From a virus: a stretch of DNA of 56,094 nucleotides. The position numbers and the translations under genes were made by a program. This document shows, one piece after another, positions 19,196-29,367 of this stretch (its first letter is position 1; the number at the start of each line of letters is the position of its first letter). A model generated the notes under the pieces. That model was given only the letters and a program-made list of their open reading frames with translations, was not told the DNA's origin and searched no databases. Location of the stretch: the IMG/VR virus record IMGVR_UViG_3300034069_002176. One strand, 5' to 3'.

Positions 19196-19291
19196 ATTCG
19201 ACACCGTGACGCTGCGGTGGTATCATCGGATTACGAGGCTTCTACTCGTGTGATCCGGCAGGAACCGTAACCCCAGAAATGAGTATCCACT

Positions 19292-20119
19292 ATGGTCTCC
19301 AAAGCCAAAAAGGGCAACTACCTCACCATCGATGACGTGCGCGCCAACTACGATTACCGTGATGACACCATCCGAATCACTTCGGGAGATGCTGACGTGG
19401 GTCGGGACTTCATGGTTAATCTCAAAAAGGGTACTCCGACCGAGATTCAGCTTCGTGATGCGCTCACCAATGCCGGGATGATTCGCTCCAACGATCTCGA
19501 TGCTTCACCGTCTCTTGACATCATCCACACTATCATCGGTGGTCAGTCCACCGTCTACGATGTTGTCGGCGCTCCCGGCACCGGAAAGACCATCTTCATG
19601 TTGTCCATCAAGCAGGCGGCAGAGGCGGTCGGTGTGAAGGTGATCGACTTGCTTGTCAACGATGATGTAGATGACGAACTCGCGAAAATCGTCCACCTCC
19701 AGTTCCTGAAACGAAGTATCGACGAGCGCGACATCCATGAACGCTTCATCCTTCTCGTGGACTACGATGCGATTGCCAAACGATCCAAACACAAAGCAAC
19801 AGTCGTGAACCTTGTCAACGATATCGTAGCTGCCAACAACCGGTTCGTAACGTTCGTCTCATCCTCTCGTCGGTTCCAAGAGGGAGTGAAGAATCCTGAT
19901 GTTCTCATCACTTTCAAGCCCGCAGCGACGGATACTGGTGAGTTCATGGCTATCGCTGATTTCTACAACCAGGACTGGGAAGAGATCAAGGCTCGGCTCG
20001 CTAAAATCCGTGACTACGATTACCTCGTCAATTCCTTCGGAAACGTCGCTGTGGGACGCACCACAAGCATCTGGACGCCTCCCGTTCCCGGACTACCCAA
20101 GCTCGATACATTCGCTTAG
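19292..20119 (+). CDS. P-loop NTPase with an N-terminal extra domain
   Basis: Walker A GAPGTGKT; Walker B-like FILLVD. Confidence 0.75.
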   Translation: MVSKAKKGNYLTIDDVRANYDYRDDTIRITSGDADVGRDFMVNLKKGTPTEIQLRDALTNAGMIRSNDLDASPSLDIIHTIIGGQSTVYDVVGAPGTGKTIFMLSIKQAAEAVGVKVIDLLVNDDVDDELAKIVHLQFLKRSIDERDIHERFILLVDYDAIAKRSKHKATVVNLVNDIVAANNRFVTFVSSSRRFQEGVKNPDVLITFKPAATDTGEFMAIADFYNQDWEEIKARLAKIRDYDYLVNSFGNVAVGRTTSIWTPPVPGLPKLDTFA

Positions 20120-20170
20120 AACGCCGCCTAGCGCCTCTTTCTTCGACTCAGCAGAACGGACACGATTACC

Positions 20171-21100
20171 GTGAACGAGAACCCACTTCAAGGGTATTTT
20201 CCTCGCACTGGCGACATGATTACATCACTGCGCAAAGAAGCAGCGATGCATGGTGTGTCCGCCAAGTCTGCCATCAGTGATTTTCGGGAAGCACTTGGTG
20301 AGTTCTTCACCAGCCCCACGTACCAGAACCATCTTCGTCGAGTCATCAATCCTCGTGCCGGTCGTCCCGCCATCAACATAGACAATCGGTTACCGCAGCG
20401 GATGATGCGTGCGCCGCTTGCTTACGCGCTCGTCAAGAACCCTGAACCCATTTATGATGTCGTTGCATCGTGGAACGATGACCACCGAATTTCCCGGTAC
20501 AACAACGATTACGATTACGCTGGGATGCATGCAACCTATTTCAATGATCGTATCGGGTACGGCAGTATGGAGTACGCAGCACATCTCGATGTCGCTATGG
20601 CTTACGGTGCCATCGAGGGAAAGAACCTCAGCGCAGTTGTCCCAACCGGTGATGCTTCTCATCTCACCATGCCGCTCACGGCGTATGTCGGGCATCTTGA
20701 ACTAGATGCATCCGAACTCATCGACCTGGCAAGCATCTACTACAGGTGGGGTCTACATCTCGTAGAAACACAGCAGCCAAGGAACACTCGTCACATCGGC
20801 GTCAGTCTGGCATTCGAGAAGGCGACTTCATACAGCGGCTACCCTGATGCGGTTGCATACTGGTCCGGTAAGGTGCCGGTTGGTTCTGAACTCGCCTGGG
20901 AACTTGTTACGTTGCAGTGGCGGCGGGACACTCAGGAAGCGGTATGGCTGGATGCTGTCGAGCGGTCGCTTCAAAGTGGGGCTTCCGTGCAACGATTCAA
21001 TGACGTAGTATCAAGAAACATCCCTTTGGAGCAAGCACTTGCTATCGTAGAGAACTCCATCGACGACGAGATTATGTCCGCACTGAAAGGCGCGCTATGA
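20171..21100 (+). CDS. Hypothetical protein, shared C-terminal tail family
   Basis: Ends RNIPLEQALAIVENSIDDEIMSALKGAL. Confidence 0.8.
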   Translation: MNENPLQGYFPRTGDMITSLRKEAAMHGVSAKSAISDFREALGEFFTSPTYQNHLRRVINPRAGRPAINIDNRLPQRMMRAPLAYALVKNPEPIYDVVASWNDDHRISRYNNDYDYAGMHATYFNDRIGYGSMEYAAHLDVAMAYGAIEGKNLSAVVPTGDASHLTMPLTAYVGHLELDASELIDLASIYYRWGLHLVETQQPRNTRHIGVSLAFEKATSYSGYPDAVAYWSGKVPVGSELAWELVTLQWRRDTQEAVWLDAVERSLQSGASVQRFNDVVSRNIPLEQALAIVENSIDDEIMSALKGAL

Positions 21101-21381
21101 CCGACAGCAAAGATTCACTTCCCAGACCTATGCTGGGTCAGTTCCGTTCGCTCGGGCATGCTCGGCAGCTTCTTCATGCCGCCACAGTAATGCGAGATGT
21201 GAACACCTCGGTCATGCGGGCTACTGGATCTATTCTTGGTGCTGATGTATCGAACACCGGAGACATTAGTGCGTACGCTCTCAGCGTCATGGCGGACCAG
21301 GAAGCGAACGACATTCTCATTGAAGACCTCACCGCTATCGTGGCGGAGATGGAAGAAATCGAAGCCCTCGCTGGCGAGTAG
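21097..21381 (+). CDS. Hypothetical protein
   Basis: ATGA overlap with the upstream gene. Confidence 0.65.
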   Translation: MTDSKDSLPRPMLGQFRSLGHARQLLHAATVMRDVNTSVMRATGSILGADVSNTGDISAYALSVMADQEANDILIEDLTAIVAEMEEIEALAGE

Positions 21382-21387
21382 TTCTAC

Positions 21388-21417
21388 TTGACATCTGACC
21401 AAACAGAAGACTACTAT
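21388..21417 (+). promoter_or_regulatory. Sigma-A-type promoter
   Basis: TTGACA-N18-TACTAT. Confidence 0.7.
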
Positions 21418-21452
21418 TGATGATGTATACCGATTAGTGAAACGGAGATGTC

Positions 21453-22481
21453 ATGGCTACTACGTCCGATGACGATAACCCGTTCATTCTCCGTCGTCAC
21501 ACTGACAAACATCGCTTCTACAGCCGTAGGGTCAATCCCTACGAGAAGGATGGCGTCGAACTCTACACGGTAGAAGACCTCACCGTTTTCGACGATCTGG
21601 TGATGACTCGCACCTTCACGAAACAGAAGAAAAAGTTTCCCTCGGGCAAGGTCAAAGTCTACTTCAGGAAGGAATCTTCCACCGCCTACACCTTCCGCCG
21701 TAAAGACAAGTACGGCAAGCCGATGTTCCGCATCCTTACCGATCATGGCGACTTCACGGCACATGACACTTACCGGGTAGGTAACAGCTTCGACCGTGAA
21801 GTAGGAAAACACGTCTCTGAGATCGCGGAACGTATACTCGGTATCAAAATTGACGAGGATTGGAAAGAATCCGAACGCTTCTACCAACTCATCGCCTACC
21901 CGATGTTCAGGAGTTGGGCGCTACCGCTCATTGCTGACGGTTCGTCTTTTGCTGACGAGATGATGGGAAATCTTTCCTACAAAACCGCTCCTGCATTCAA
22001 GAAACTATCGCTGGGGTTTCGGCGGTATGACGCGGCGGCAATGGTCGCTGATTCATTCGGCAAGCGTTTCGTTACCGATGCTTTCATCGAAAAAGTGAAG
22101 CATTCCGAGAACATTGTTCGACTTGCGGCGCTATCAACATTCCGCAGTCAGTTCACGGCTGAACTAGGAATGGTCTTCCTGAGCAGCCCAACCGCGATGG
22201 CATTGGATGAGTTTGTTGGTGACGGTATGAGGGAGAATGAACTGAGCGCGTTTGTCGCCCATCTCGAACCATCTGCCAAGGCAAGCCTTCTTCTGAGCGT
22301 GAAAACAGTGAAGTCCAAGCATCAGATTACCGAGTCTCTGCGAATCGTCAGCTATCTACAAAGATGGGACGCCTACGATGTCGAGGGCATTGACTTTCGC
22401 AACTGGAAGACGGTCATCTCGTCTTTGAACGATATGCAGCGAGTGTTTATCGACAGAATCAACGAAAAGGTAGCTGCCTAG
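21453..22481 (+). CDS. Hypothetical protein
   Basis: 342-aa ORF, GGAG RBS; ends EKVAA. Confidence 0.8.
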   Translation: MATTSDDDNPFILRRHTDKHRFYSRRVNPYEKDGVELYTVEDLTVFDDLVMTRTFTKQKKKFPSGKVKVYFRKESSTAYTFRRKDKYGKPMFRILTDHGDFTAHDTYRVGNSFDREVGKHVSEIAERILGIKIDEDWKESERFYQLIAYPMFRSWALPLIADGSSFADEMMGNLSYKTAPAFKKLSLGFRRYDAAAMVADSFGKRFVTDAFIEKVKHSENIVRLAALSTFRSQFTAELGMVFLSSPTAMALDEFVGDGMRENELSAFVAHLEPSAKASLLLSVKTVKSKHQITESLRIVSYLQRWDAYDVEGIDFRNWKTVISSLNDMQRVFIDRINEKVAA

Positions 22482-22484
22482 GAT

Positions 22485-22823
22485 TTAGTACGAAGGTACA
22501 TGTCCGCCAATAGCACGGAACATTTCCCTTCCTTCGTCGGTCATCATAGTGGGTGTCCACGGCGGCGCATAGGTCCAGTTCAGAAGGACCGGGGTTTCAC
22601 CGATTGAGGCTGTCAGCACGTCACGAATATCTTCTTCGATGTAGTCCTGTAGCGGGCACGCCATCGATGTGAGTGTCAGCGTGATGAAAACGCCCTTGTC
22701 GGAAAGATCGAGCCCGTAGATGAGTCCGAGATCTACGATGTTGATTCCGATTTCAGGGTCTTCGACATCCATTAATGCTTCACGTATTTGGTCGTAAAGT
22801 GCAGATTCGGCTTCTTGGTTCAT
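22485..22823 (-). CDS. DUF59 / SufT-like Fe-S cluster assembly protein
   Basis: VEDPEIGINIVDLGLIY...LTLTSMACP...PPWTPTMMTDEGR. Confidence 0.9.
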   Translation of the reverse strand: MNQEAESALYDQIREALMDVEDPEIGINIVDLGLIYGLDLSDKGVFITLTLTSMACPLQDYIEEDIRDVLTASIGETPVLLNWTYAPPWTPTMMTDEGREMFRAIGGHVPSY

Positions 22824-22880
22824 GATGCTCCTTCTTGATACAACCGTGGATAGTCATAGTTCATTCCTAGGCGTAGCAAA

Positions 22881-23636
22881 CTACTCCGTGAGATTTTCCT
22901 TGCCGTCCTTGTACTCAGCCAGGCGTGCTTCTACTTCTGCGTACCATTTCGGTTTGACGCCTTCTTTGCCGTAATCGATTCCGTCCTCTGCGAAGTTTTC
23001 GTGTACTCGCTTGGCAAGAGCTACGTAGGCGTCTTCGATAGTCGAGGCGCTCACTTCGATTCGGTAGTCGTGGTATGCCTGCCCGGTCTTGTCAGCATCG
23101 CCCCAGGCTCCGTGTTCGAGCAGAACAACTATCTCACCATCATCGCGCTTATAGATGCTCTGGCTGAGCCCTGCGAGTCCATCGTCTGAGATCCACCGGT
23201 TTAGGTCACCTTTGATGCGGTGGTAGAAGGCGGGGTGGTTCACGAGCCAGTGGTATGCGTTGAACCAGTCGTCTTGATTGGCTAGGTATTCCTCGTTGCG
23301 TTGCAGGAACGACCAGTAGTTGTAGCGGTCGAGTCGGCGGTGGTCCTCTGACGTAAACGAGAGCAGCAACCGGCGCTTTTCGGTGAAAAGAAGACGTGGC
23401 TTGATTGCCGAAAGATCGGGGTCGCCATCCAAGTCTTTACTGATGTAGTCGTAAGCGGATTCTACGTCATCGAATCTCTCACCTGTTTCTGTGATGAGGA
23501 AGGTATCGCCATCCTGTACGAGGGTGTAGATGGTCTTTTCTTCTTCGGGATAGTCCATCCATTCGGGTAGAACGATTCCCTTTGTCACCGCTTCGTATTC
23601 TTCTTCGGACTGAGGTTCATTGATGTAATCAGGCAT
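22881..23636 (-). CDS. Hypothetical acidic protein
   Basis: 251-aa ORF. Confidence 0.75.
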   Translation of the reverse strand: MPDYINEPQSEEEYEAVTKGIVLPEWMDYPEEEKTIYTLVQDGDTFLITETGERFDDVESAYDYISKDLDGDPDLSAIKPRLLFTEKRRLLLSFTSEDHRRLDRYNYWSFLQRNEEYLANQDDWFNAYHWLVNHPAFYHRIKGDLNRWISDDGLAGLSQSIYKRDDGEIVVLLEHGAWGDADKTGQAYHDYRIEVSASTIEDAYVALAKRVHENFAEDGIDYGKEGVKPKWYAEVEARLAEYKDGKENLTE

Positions 23637-23754
23637 AAGGACTTCTTTCGTTCAAGATGTAACGCGTATTAGAGGTATTCGAAGCGGATGGTGATTTGGA
23701 TAGTAGATCTAGTGCTGACCTGATGCTGAAAGGTCGTTATTCTGGAGTGGCATT

Positions 23755-24105
23755 TCAGCCTCCTAAGACCGTGACAAATAGCAACACACCGAATCCTCCT
23801 AGAAGGAAATGTCCAGCACCGCCAATTCCAAAGAGTGCTAATCCGATGCGCCAGAATAGCTGACTTTCCGATCTACGTCCAGCTTGGGTGTTGAAGGCAA
23901 GACCGAAGATGAAAAGAAGCATTTCGATAAGACCTAGACCGAATGTGAGTAACAATGTGGAGCCTGGAACGATGCCTGAGAATTCGAATATGGCACCCAC
24001 TACCACTATGACGAGACCCAGGGCTGCATAGAGAATTCCACCCGCAGTTGTGCGCTTAGCTGTATGCGCTAGGTTGGCTGTAATGATTTCTGTGTTATCT
24101 GTCAT
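23755..24105 (-). CDS. Small membrane protein (3 TM), tandem array member
   Basis: Three hydrophobic helices; FWRIGLAL. Confidence 0.7.
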   Translation of the reverse strand: MTDNTEIITANLAHTAKRTTAGGILYAALGLVIVVVGAIFEFSGIVPGSTLLLTFGLGLIEMLLFIFGLAFNTQAGRRSESQLFWRIGLALFGIGGAGHFLLGGFGVLLFVTVLGG

Positions 24106-24114
24106 GAGTTCCTG

Positions 24115-24618
24115 TCAGAATCCGAATCCACTACTGAGGTAGGACAATACCACCAAACCAATTCCGAAGATGGCTTGAATAGCCATAAGTCCCGAGAATA
24201 TGAGACCAGTAATCCAGAATCCCAGCGGGGTACGCTCCTTAATGACTTTGCGCATCTGGATAATTCCATAGACGGTCGTGATGATGCCTGCGATGTAGGC
24301 TCCGAAGGAGATTATCGCAGAGATGACTTGTGGAACAACTGACGAAGAAACCGGTGCGGTTGGCGAGTAAGTCAATAATGGAATCAGCACCAAGATCATC
24401 GAAAGAACGGGCGCGAAAAACACAACTAGCGAAATGACGAAGTACCTGACCGCCCTTCTGTCGCTTCTGAGCAAGAAGCTCTGGGGCATTACCGGTTTAG
24501 GCGCAATGGGGTTTGCGTACCCCGGAGGGAGACTTTGAGGTACAGGTGCACTCGGTTCTGGCTCATTCTGGAATCCGTCATAGCCGAACTGGGGCGGGGT
24601 TTCTTCGTTGTTGATCAT
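24115..24618 (-). CDS. Small membrane protein (3 TM), tandem array member
   Basis: Pro-rich N-terminus; YFVISL...AYIAG...GIIQMRK...FWITGLIFS. Confidence 0.75.
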   Translation of the reverse strand: MINNEETPPQFGYDGFQNEPEPSAPVPQSLPPGYANPIAPKPVMPQSFLLRSDRRAVRYFVISLVVFFAPVLSMILVLIPLLTYSPTAPVSSSVVPQVISAIISFGAYIAGIITTVYGIIQMRKVIKERTPLGFWITGLIFSGLMAIQAIFGIGLVVLSYLSSGFGF

Positions 24619-25055
24619 TAGCCGCCGTTGTATCCCCGAAGACCAACGAATACCAAGATGAGTGCAACAACTCCGAATACAAGCTGCACGGTCAAGATTG
24701 ATGAGCAGATGATACCGGCAACCCAGAACGGTGTACCGAGCTTGTTCTTCGCTGCTCGGCGCAATTGCACGATACCTGTAATAAGAAGAGGTGCACCCGC
24801 GATGTAGGCGATAGCCGTGACGGCGAATATCGCAGGTGTTGTGTGATTCGGACTAATCGCAAACGCGGCGAAAATGGAGACCGGGGCAAAAAACAATGCG
24901 CCAATGCTGACTACGAAATACCAAACCGACCCTTTGGTAATGGTACGCACTTGCTGTTGGTCCGTCTGCGGATACGCAGGCACGGTGGGTGCTGCCGGAG
25001 CGGCGTAACCCTCGGGAAGGGGTGCTGGCTGAGGTACATCTTCAATGTTGGACAT
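24618..25055 (-). CDS. Small membrane protein (3 TM), tandem array member
   Basis: Likely start MSNIED; YFVVSI...AYIAG...GIVQLRR...FWVAGIICS. Confidence 0.75.
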   Translation of the reverse strand: MSNIEDVPQPAPLPEGYAAPAAPTVPAYPQTDQQQVRTITKGSVWYFVVSIGALFFAPVSIFAAFAISPNHTTPAIFAVTAIAYIAGAPLLITGIVQLRRAAKNKLGTPFWVAGIICSSILTVQLVFGVVALILVFVGLRGYNGG

Positions 25056-25071
25056 GGCTACTTTCGTTTGA

Positions 25072-25434
25072 CTACGAGTTTTCAATGACGCGAACGAGAA
25101 TGAACACAAAGAGAGTGATAAGAACACTGAAGAGCAGGTATACCCCGGAGATGACTATTCCGGGCACAATGAATCCAATTCGTTCGTTGCGGTTGTTCGC
25201 CCTACCAAGCAGAACGATTCCGATGGCAACCATCGCGGCTGCGACGGCGATGGTACCTCCGAGTCGAATGGTGTCTAAGATCGCAGATGACGGAAGGAAC
25301 CGCAGAGTGGCAACGAGTAGAGGTACGGCGATTGATGCGATGAAGTAGATAATCCCGCTTCTCGAAATAGACTTCTGTTCTTCTGGCTGGTTACTCGTGG
25401 GATACGGTACCGGCTGCTGAGGTGCGTCACTCAT
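25072..25434 (-). CDS. Small membrane protein (3 TM), tandem array member
   Basis: AAGGAG RBS; YFIASI...GIVLLGR...FIVPGIVIS. Confidence 0.7.
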   Translation of the reverse strand: MSDAPQQPVPYPTSNQPEEQKSISRSGIIYFIASIAVPLLVATLRFLPSSAILDTIRLGGTIAVAAAMVAIGIVLLGRANNRNERIGFIVPGIVISGVYLLFSVLITLFVFILVRVIENS

Positions 25435-25658
25435 GTGTTCTCCTTTACAGTCAATCCTACAGCCTTCAGTTTGACTTGGCTGGTTTTCTTCCTGAGGTAT
25501 TACTAGCTAACTCTCAGCAAAACCAATCAGATCACCGCGCATTAGCAAAACGGACGTGATACCGTAGCGATTGAGGCGGACAGATAACTGACTTCGGGTT
25601 AGTTTCGTCAATTCGTAGTCCTGATCAAGGTCGCTTCCATGAATAAAAGGAACATACC

Positions 25659-26735
25659 TTGAGTATTGTCACCGAAAAGCCCCAAACCCAACCCCGTGCG
25701 CTGAGTACCTATGCCAGCCTCTCGAAGCTCATCAAGGAAGCCAATCTCCTTGATCGTAACGTCGCCTTCTACATCCGCCGATTCATTCAAGTATCTCTTC
25801 TAGCGCTTATGGCGTGGGGTGCGGTGCTTCTGATGCGTGAAACGGCGCTTGTTCTTCTTATCGCTCCCGTGCTCGGTATTCTCGGTGCACAGTACGGCTT
25901 CTTGGCTCACGAACTCAGCCACAAGCAGGTCTTCAACTCACCGAAGTTGAACAAGTGGTTTGCGCTATTCACCGCCAACTTACTAGTCGGTCTATCTATT
26001 GGTTGGTGGGATAAGAAGAAGCACAATCTTCACCATGCGAACCCGAATACCGAAGACAAAGACCCTGACATCAAGATCCCCATATTTGCATTCACCAAAG
26101 AAGACTACGACAGCAAAACCGGTGTCGAGAAGATGCTGACGAAATACCAGGGGTACTTGTTCCCCTTCCTTCTTCTGTTCACCGGGTTCGACCTCTTGAA
26201 GAATTCGGTCCAGACACTTCTCACGCCGTCCTTTAAGGCTGACCACCGGTTCCTCGAACTGTTCCTTATCATCTTCCGTACGGTCGCTCCTGCGGTCTTC
26301 TTGTTCATGTTGCTGAGCCCTTGGGTTGCGGGCGGGTTCATTTTGATTCAAATGGGCGTATTCGGTTTGTTCATGGGCGGTGCGTTTGCTCCCAATCACA
26401 AGGGTATGCCAATCATTCCTCGTGGGCAGAAGGTGGATTACTTCAACCGTCAGGTTCTTACGTCACGAGACATCAAGCCGAACTGGCTAATCGATAACCT
26501 CATGGGTGGTTTGAACTATCAAGTTGAGCACCACTTGTTCCCGAGTATGGCTCGCCCTAACCTCCGCAAGGCTCAGAAAATCGTCAAGGAATTCTGCGCA
26601 ACTCACAACGTGCCTTACGCCGAGACGGGTTTGTTCCGTTCCTATGGAATCGTGATGCAGTATCTGAACAAGGTGGGTTTGAAGCACAGCGACCCATTCT
26701 TGTGCCCGTTGGTTAGCCAACTCCGACAGGTATAG
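25659..26735 (+). CDS. Acyl-CoA / fatty-acid desaturase (membrane di-iron)
   Basis: His boxes HELSH, HNLHH and QVEHHLFP; several TM segments. Confidence 0.92.
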   Translation: MSIVTEKPQTQPRALSTYASLSKLIKEANLLDRNVAFYIRRFIQVSLLALMAWGAVLLMRETALVLLIAPVLGILGAQYGFLAHELSHKQVFNSPKLNKWFALFTANLLVGLSIGWWDKKKHNLHHANPNTEDKDPDIKIPIFAFTKEDYDSKTGVEKMLTKYQGYLFPFLLLFTGFDLLKNSVQTLLTPSFKADHRFLELFLIIFRTVAPAVFLFMLLSPWVAGGFILIQMGVFGLFMGGAFAPNHKGMPIIPRGQKVDYFNRQVLTSRDIKPNWLIDNLMGGLNYQVEHHLFPSMARPNLRKAQKIVKEFCATHNVPYAETGLFRSYGIVMQYLNKVGLKHSDPFLCPLVSQLRQV

Positions 26736-26739
26736 AAAC

Positions 26740-26781
26740 AAGAAACCACCCGGTACTCATTATGAGAGCGGGTGGTTTCTT
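26740..26781. terminator. Bidirectional intrinsic terminator
   Basis: AAGAAACCACCCG/CGGGTGGTTTCTT. Confidence 0.8.
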
Positions 26782-26786
26782 TGCGC

Positions 26787-27575
26787 CTAAACGAGGATGC
26801 TGAAATCGAGGCTTGGAAGCTCCAATATTCCGATGTTGTTGGAGCAGTCGTCCTTGTCAAGACCGATGGTGTGAAGGTCGTAACCCACACCCTCCACATC
26901 GTGTAGGTGCGTCACCTTGTTGATGTAGTGGTGGTAGTGCCCGTGGAAGTACAGGGTGGGCTTCACCTCATCGACAGCCTGGCGAGTAGCGACACGGGAG
27001 TGCCGCGCGTACTCTAGGGCGTTCTCGCTCCACGTCCCATCGTCGTCGCGGTGAGTTCCGAAAAGCTCGACTCCTTCAGGGCAATCGTGAGCCAGGAAGA
27101 CATCAGCATGTCCACCCTCGATGGTGCGATAGATGTCACCGTAGCCAATCTGCTCACCAGACCACCAGTTGACGCCTTCAATGCGCCCGTAACGGTCGAT
27201 GGAGTTCGCACCTCCCAGAGACACGAAAGAAACCCCCTCGCGCTCCCAGCGCTGTCCTCGCGTCGCGTAGAGGATGTTTTTGAAGTTGGGGTTGTACTCC
27301 CAGCCTGCATACTCACCCTCGGTGATAAGAACGAATGCTCCTACCATCACGTAGTTGTCGTGGTTTCCGAGAGTGACAAGCACCTTCTGTCCATTGGAAG
27401 CAGCGGTGGAGTTGACGACCGTGAGGTAATCGATACCGTCAGGGTCTCCGAACAGACCGAAGTCACCTAGGTGAAGCACCTCGGTGATACCTGCATCCCG
27501 CAGGTCGTCAAGGCGCGCAGCAGCCCAGGCTGTGTTGCCGTGCCAGTCTCCGGCGATGCCGTATCGGTAAGTCAT
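26787..27575 (-). CDS. Calcineurin-like metallophosphoesterase
   Basis: GDWHG, HLGDFG, GNHD, HDCP and FHGHYH motifs. Confidence 0.92.
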   Translation of the reverse strand: MTYRYGIAGDWHGNTAWAAARLDDLRDAGITEVLHLGDFGLFGDPDGIDYLTVVNSTAASNGQKVLVTLGNHDNYVMVGAFVLITEGEYAGWEYNPNFKNILYATRGQRWEREGVSFVSLGGANSIDRYGRIEGVNWWSGEQIGYGDIYRTIEGGHADVFLAHDCPEGVELFGTHRDDDGTWSENALEYARHSRVATRQAVDEVKPTLYFHGHYHHYINKVTHLHDVEGVGYDLHTIGLDKDDCSNNIGILELPSLDFSILV

Positions 27576-27727
27576 AGTTTCACTCTAATTCATAAAAGCA
27601 ATTAGGTCAACTACCAATCTTTTCCTATGAGGTTTCTATGAACAACCACACAATGAACTGATTTGTTCTCAAAAGCATTGACAAACATCTGTTTTGTCAT
27701 ATTGTTTGGTCAACGAAAGGCACCCTT

Positions 27728-28315
27728 ATGGCTCAGGACAACGTAAACGCGACTCCCGGCGAAACACCCGAGGTAGTCACCCCGGTTTCCAGTACAGTAC
27801 CGAATACGGCACCGCCTACGGTCGTCAGCGCCGATGCTTTACCAGAGACGCACCCTGCCCCTCCTGTTGCTGATCAGGTATACGTTCCCGCAGCAGCGCC
27901 TCAGCCAGTTGCACCCGCGAACACGGTCTATCAGTCCAGCACTCGCCAGAAGGTCACGCTCGGTATTGCCGCAGTGGCTATCGCGGTTGTCTTCTTTATT
28001 GCCGGTGTCGCTGTTGGTCAGCATTCTTACAGCCATCACAACCAGGGCAACTTCCAGAACTCGGGCTCCTATAATGGCGGCAACGGTTTTGGTGGACATC
28101 ACGGCGGCTATGGCTATGGCTACGGACAGGGCGGCGGAAACGGCACCCAGAACAATGATGGTTCCGGTCAGTCTGGCTACCAGGGTTCTGATGAACAACA
28201 TGGTGGGCAGATGGGCGTTCGTGGAGAAGGCGGCTGGCAAAACGGTGCCGGTGGTACTTCTTCTAACGGATCGAATGATTCGTCCGATAGTGATTCTGGT
28301 AACACCAACCAGTAA
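27728..28315 (+). CDS. Single-TM low-complexity protein (Pro/Ala-rich N-terminus, Gly/Asn/Gln-rich C-terminus)
   Basis: GAAAGG RBS; TM segment VTLGIAAVAIAVVFFIAGVAVG. Confidence 0.75.
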   Translation: MAQDNVNATPGETPEVVTPVSSTVPNTAPPTVVSADALPETHPAPPVADQVYVPAAAPQPVAPANTVYQSSTRQKVTLGIAAVAIAVVFFIAGVAVGQHSYSHHNQGNFQNSGSYNGGNGFGGHHGGYGYGYGQGGGNGTQNNDGSGQSGYQGSDEQHGGQMGVRGEGGWQNGAGGTSSNGSNDSSDSDSGNTNQ

Positions 28316-28318
28316 GGT

Positions 28319-28364
28319 TTCATCGCTGCCAGCGTGTTATGGGTGACGCGCTGGCAGCGATGAA
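28319..28364 (+). terminator. Long inverted repeat / terminator
   Basis: TTCATCGCTGCCAGCG/CGCTGGCAGCGATGAA 16-bp stem. Confidence 0.65.
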
Positions 28365-28400
28365 TAAATATACCTCACCAAACGGAGGTATGATCCGTAC

Positions 28401-29321
28401 ATGAGTTCATTTAGCGACGTTCGCAAGCGTCGAATCATGTTCGGTGACAGAGCCATCGCCGTCGTAGCGATGGCTTTTGTCATGCTCTTTTTGGTTGTGG
28501 GGTGCTCGTCGTACAAGCCGCAGCAGAACAACGGAACCGGTCAGACTTCCGCGAAGATGCTGAGTCAGGTAGAAAGTCTCGAAGGTGTCGCATCGGCTTC
28601 ATTCGAGTATAAGTATTGGTACCACCCCGGAGAAGGCGCATTGTTCTCATCCGAGGGCATGGATTTCAACCTCATAGTCAAAGTAAAAGATGGCTTTTAC
28701 GTCGATAAGAAGACAGCACTACTGCGCTATCTTTTTGCCGAGGCATGGACTGCGAACGAGAAGTCTCCGAAGGGATACGTTCGCGTGACGTTCGATGGCG
28801 GTGTTTCTAAGAACTACCTTTGGAAGAAGGAGCTAGCCGACATCTTCGGTGCGCAGTCCGATACCCTTGTCACAGGAAATACCATCCAGATTGATGACTC
28901 TGACATGTCTGACGTATTTGGGGATTGGGCGGGGAGTACACCGAAGACGCAGCCCACGGGTGCTTTCGCAGTCGGTTCTGTTCCGGTGGTACTACCGCTA
29001 GCTGTCAATCAAGTGCGTCTCACCGAGGGTGACATCAACGGTATCTACCAGATCTACATCACGGGTAACCGCAACAAGTCAGACAGCGGTGCTATCTACC
29101 AAGGTGATGTCGATGTCACCGTTTACCAGAACGGCAAGGTGTACCAACACGATCTCGCATTGTTCAAGGATGCTTACGAATACGGTGATGATGTACCAAA
29201 GTTCAATGTGGACTATCCCAAGAGTAAACACAGACCGAACATGAGTGATTACACGTATACGCTGAAACTAGATCCGCAAGCTGGGTTCGATACCACCACC
29301 GTCAAGGGGTACGCCAGCTAA
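28401..29321 (+). CDS. Putative lipoprotein
   Basis: Basic-hydrophobic signal ending in LVVGC (lipobox-like). Confidence 0.7.
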   Translation: MSSFSDVRKRRIMFGDRAIAVVAMAFVMLFLVVGCSSYKPQQNNGTGQTSAKMLSQVESLEGVASASFEYKYWYHPGEGALFSSEGMDFNLIVKVKDGFYVDKKTALLRYLFAEAWTANEKSPKGYVRVTFDGGVSKNYLWKKELADIFGAQSDTLVTGNTIQIDDSDMSDVFGDWAGSTPKTQPTGAFAVGSVPVVLPLAVNQVRLTEGDINGIYQIYITGNRNKSDSGAIYQGDVDVTVYQNGKVYQHDLALFKDAYEYGDDVPKFNVDYPKSKHRPNMSDYTYTLKLDPQAGFDTTTVKGYAS

Positions 29322-29324
29322 AGT

Positions 29325-29356
29325 AACAGCCCCTCCAATTTCTCGGAGGGGCTGTT
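29325..29356. terminator. Bidirectional intrinsic terminator
   Basis: AACAGCCCCTCC/GGAGGGGCTGTT. Confidence 0.8.
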
Positions 29357-29367
29357 CTTGTACACGC

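Noticed and set aside
19228-19256. Hairpin GGATTACGAG/CTCGTGTGATCC upstream of the P-loop gene as a regulatory RNA
   Set aside because: It begins too close to the -10 box (TATCAT 19221-19226) to be fully transcribed, and the remaining stem is short.
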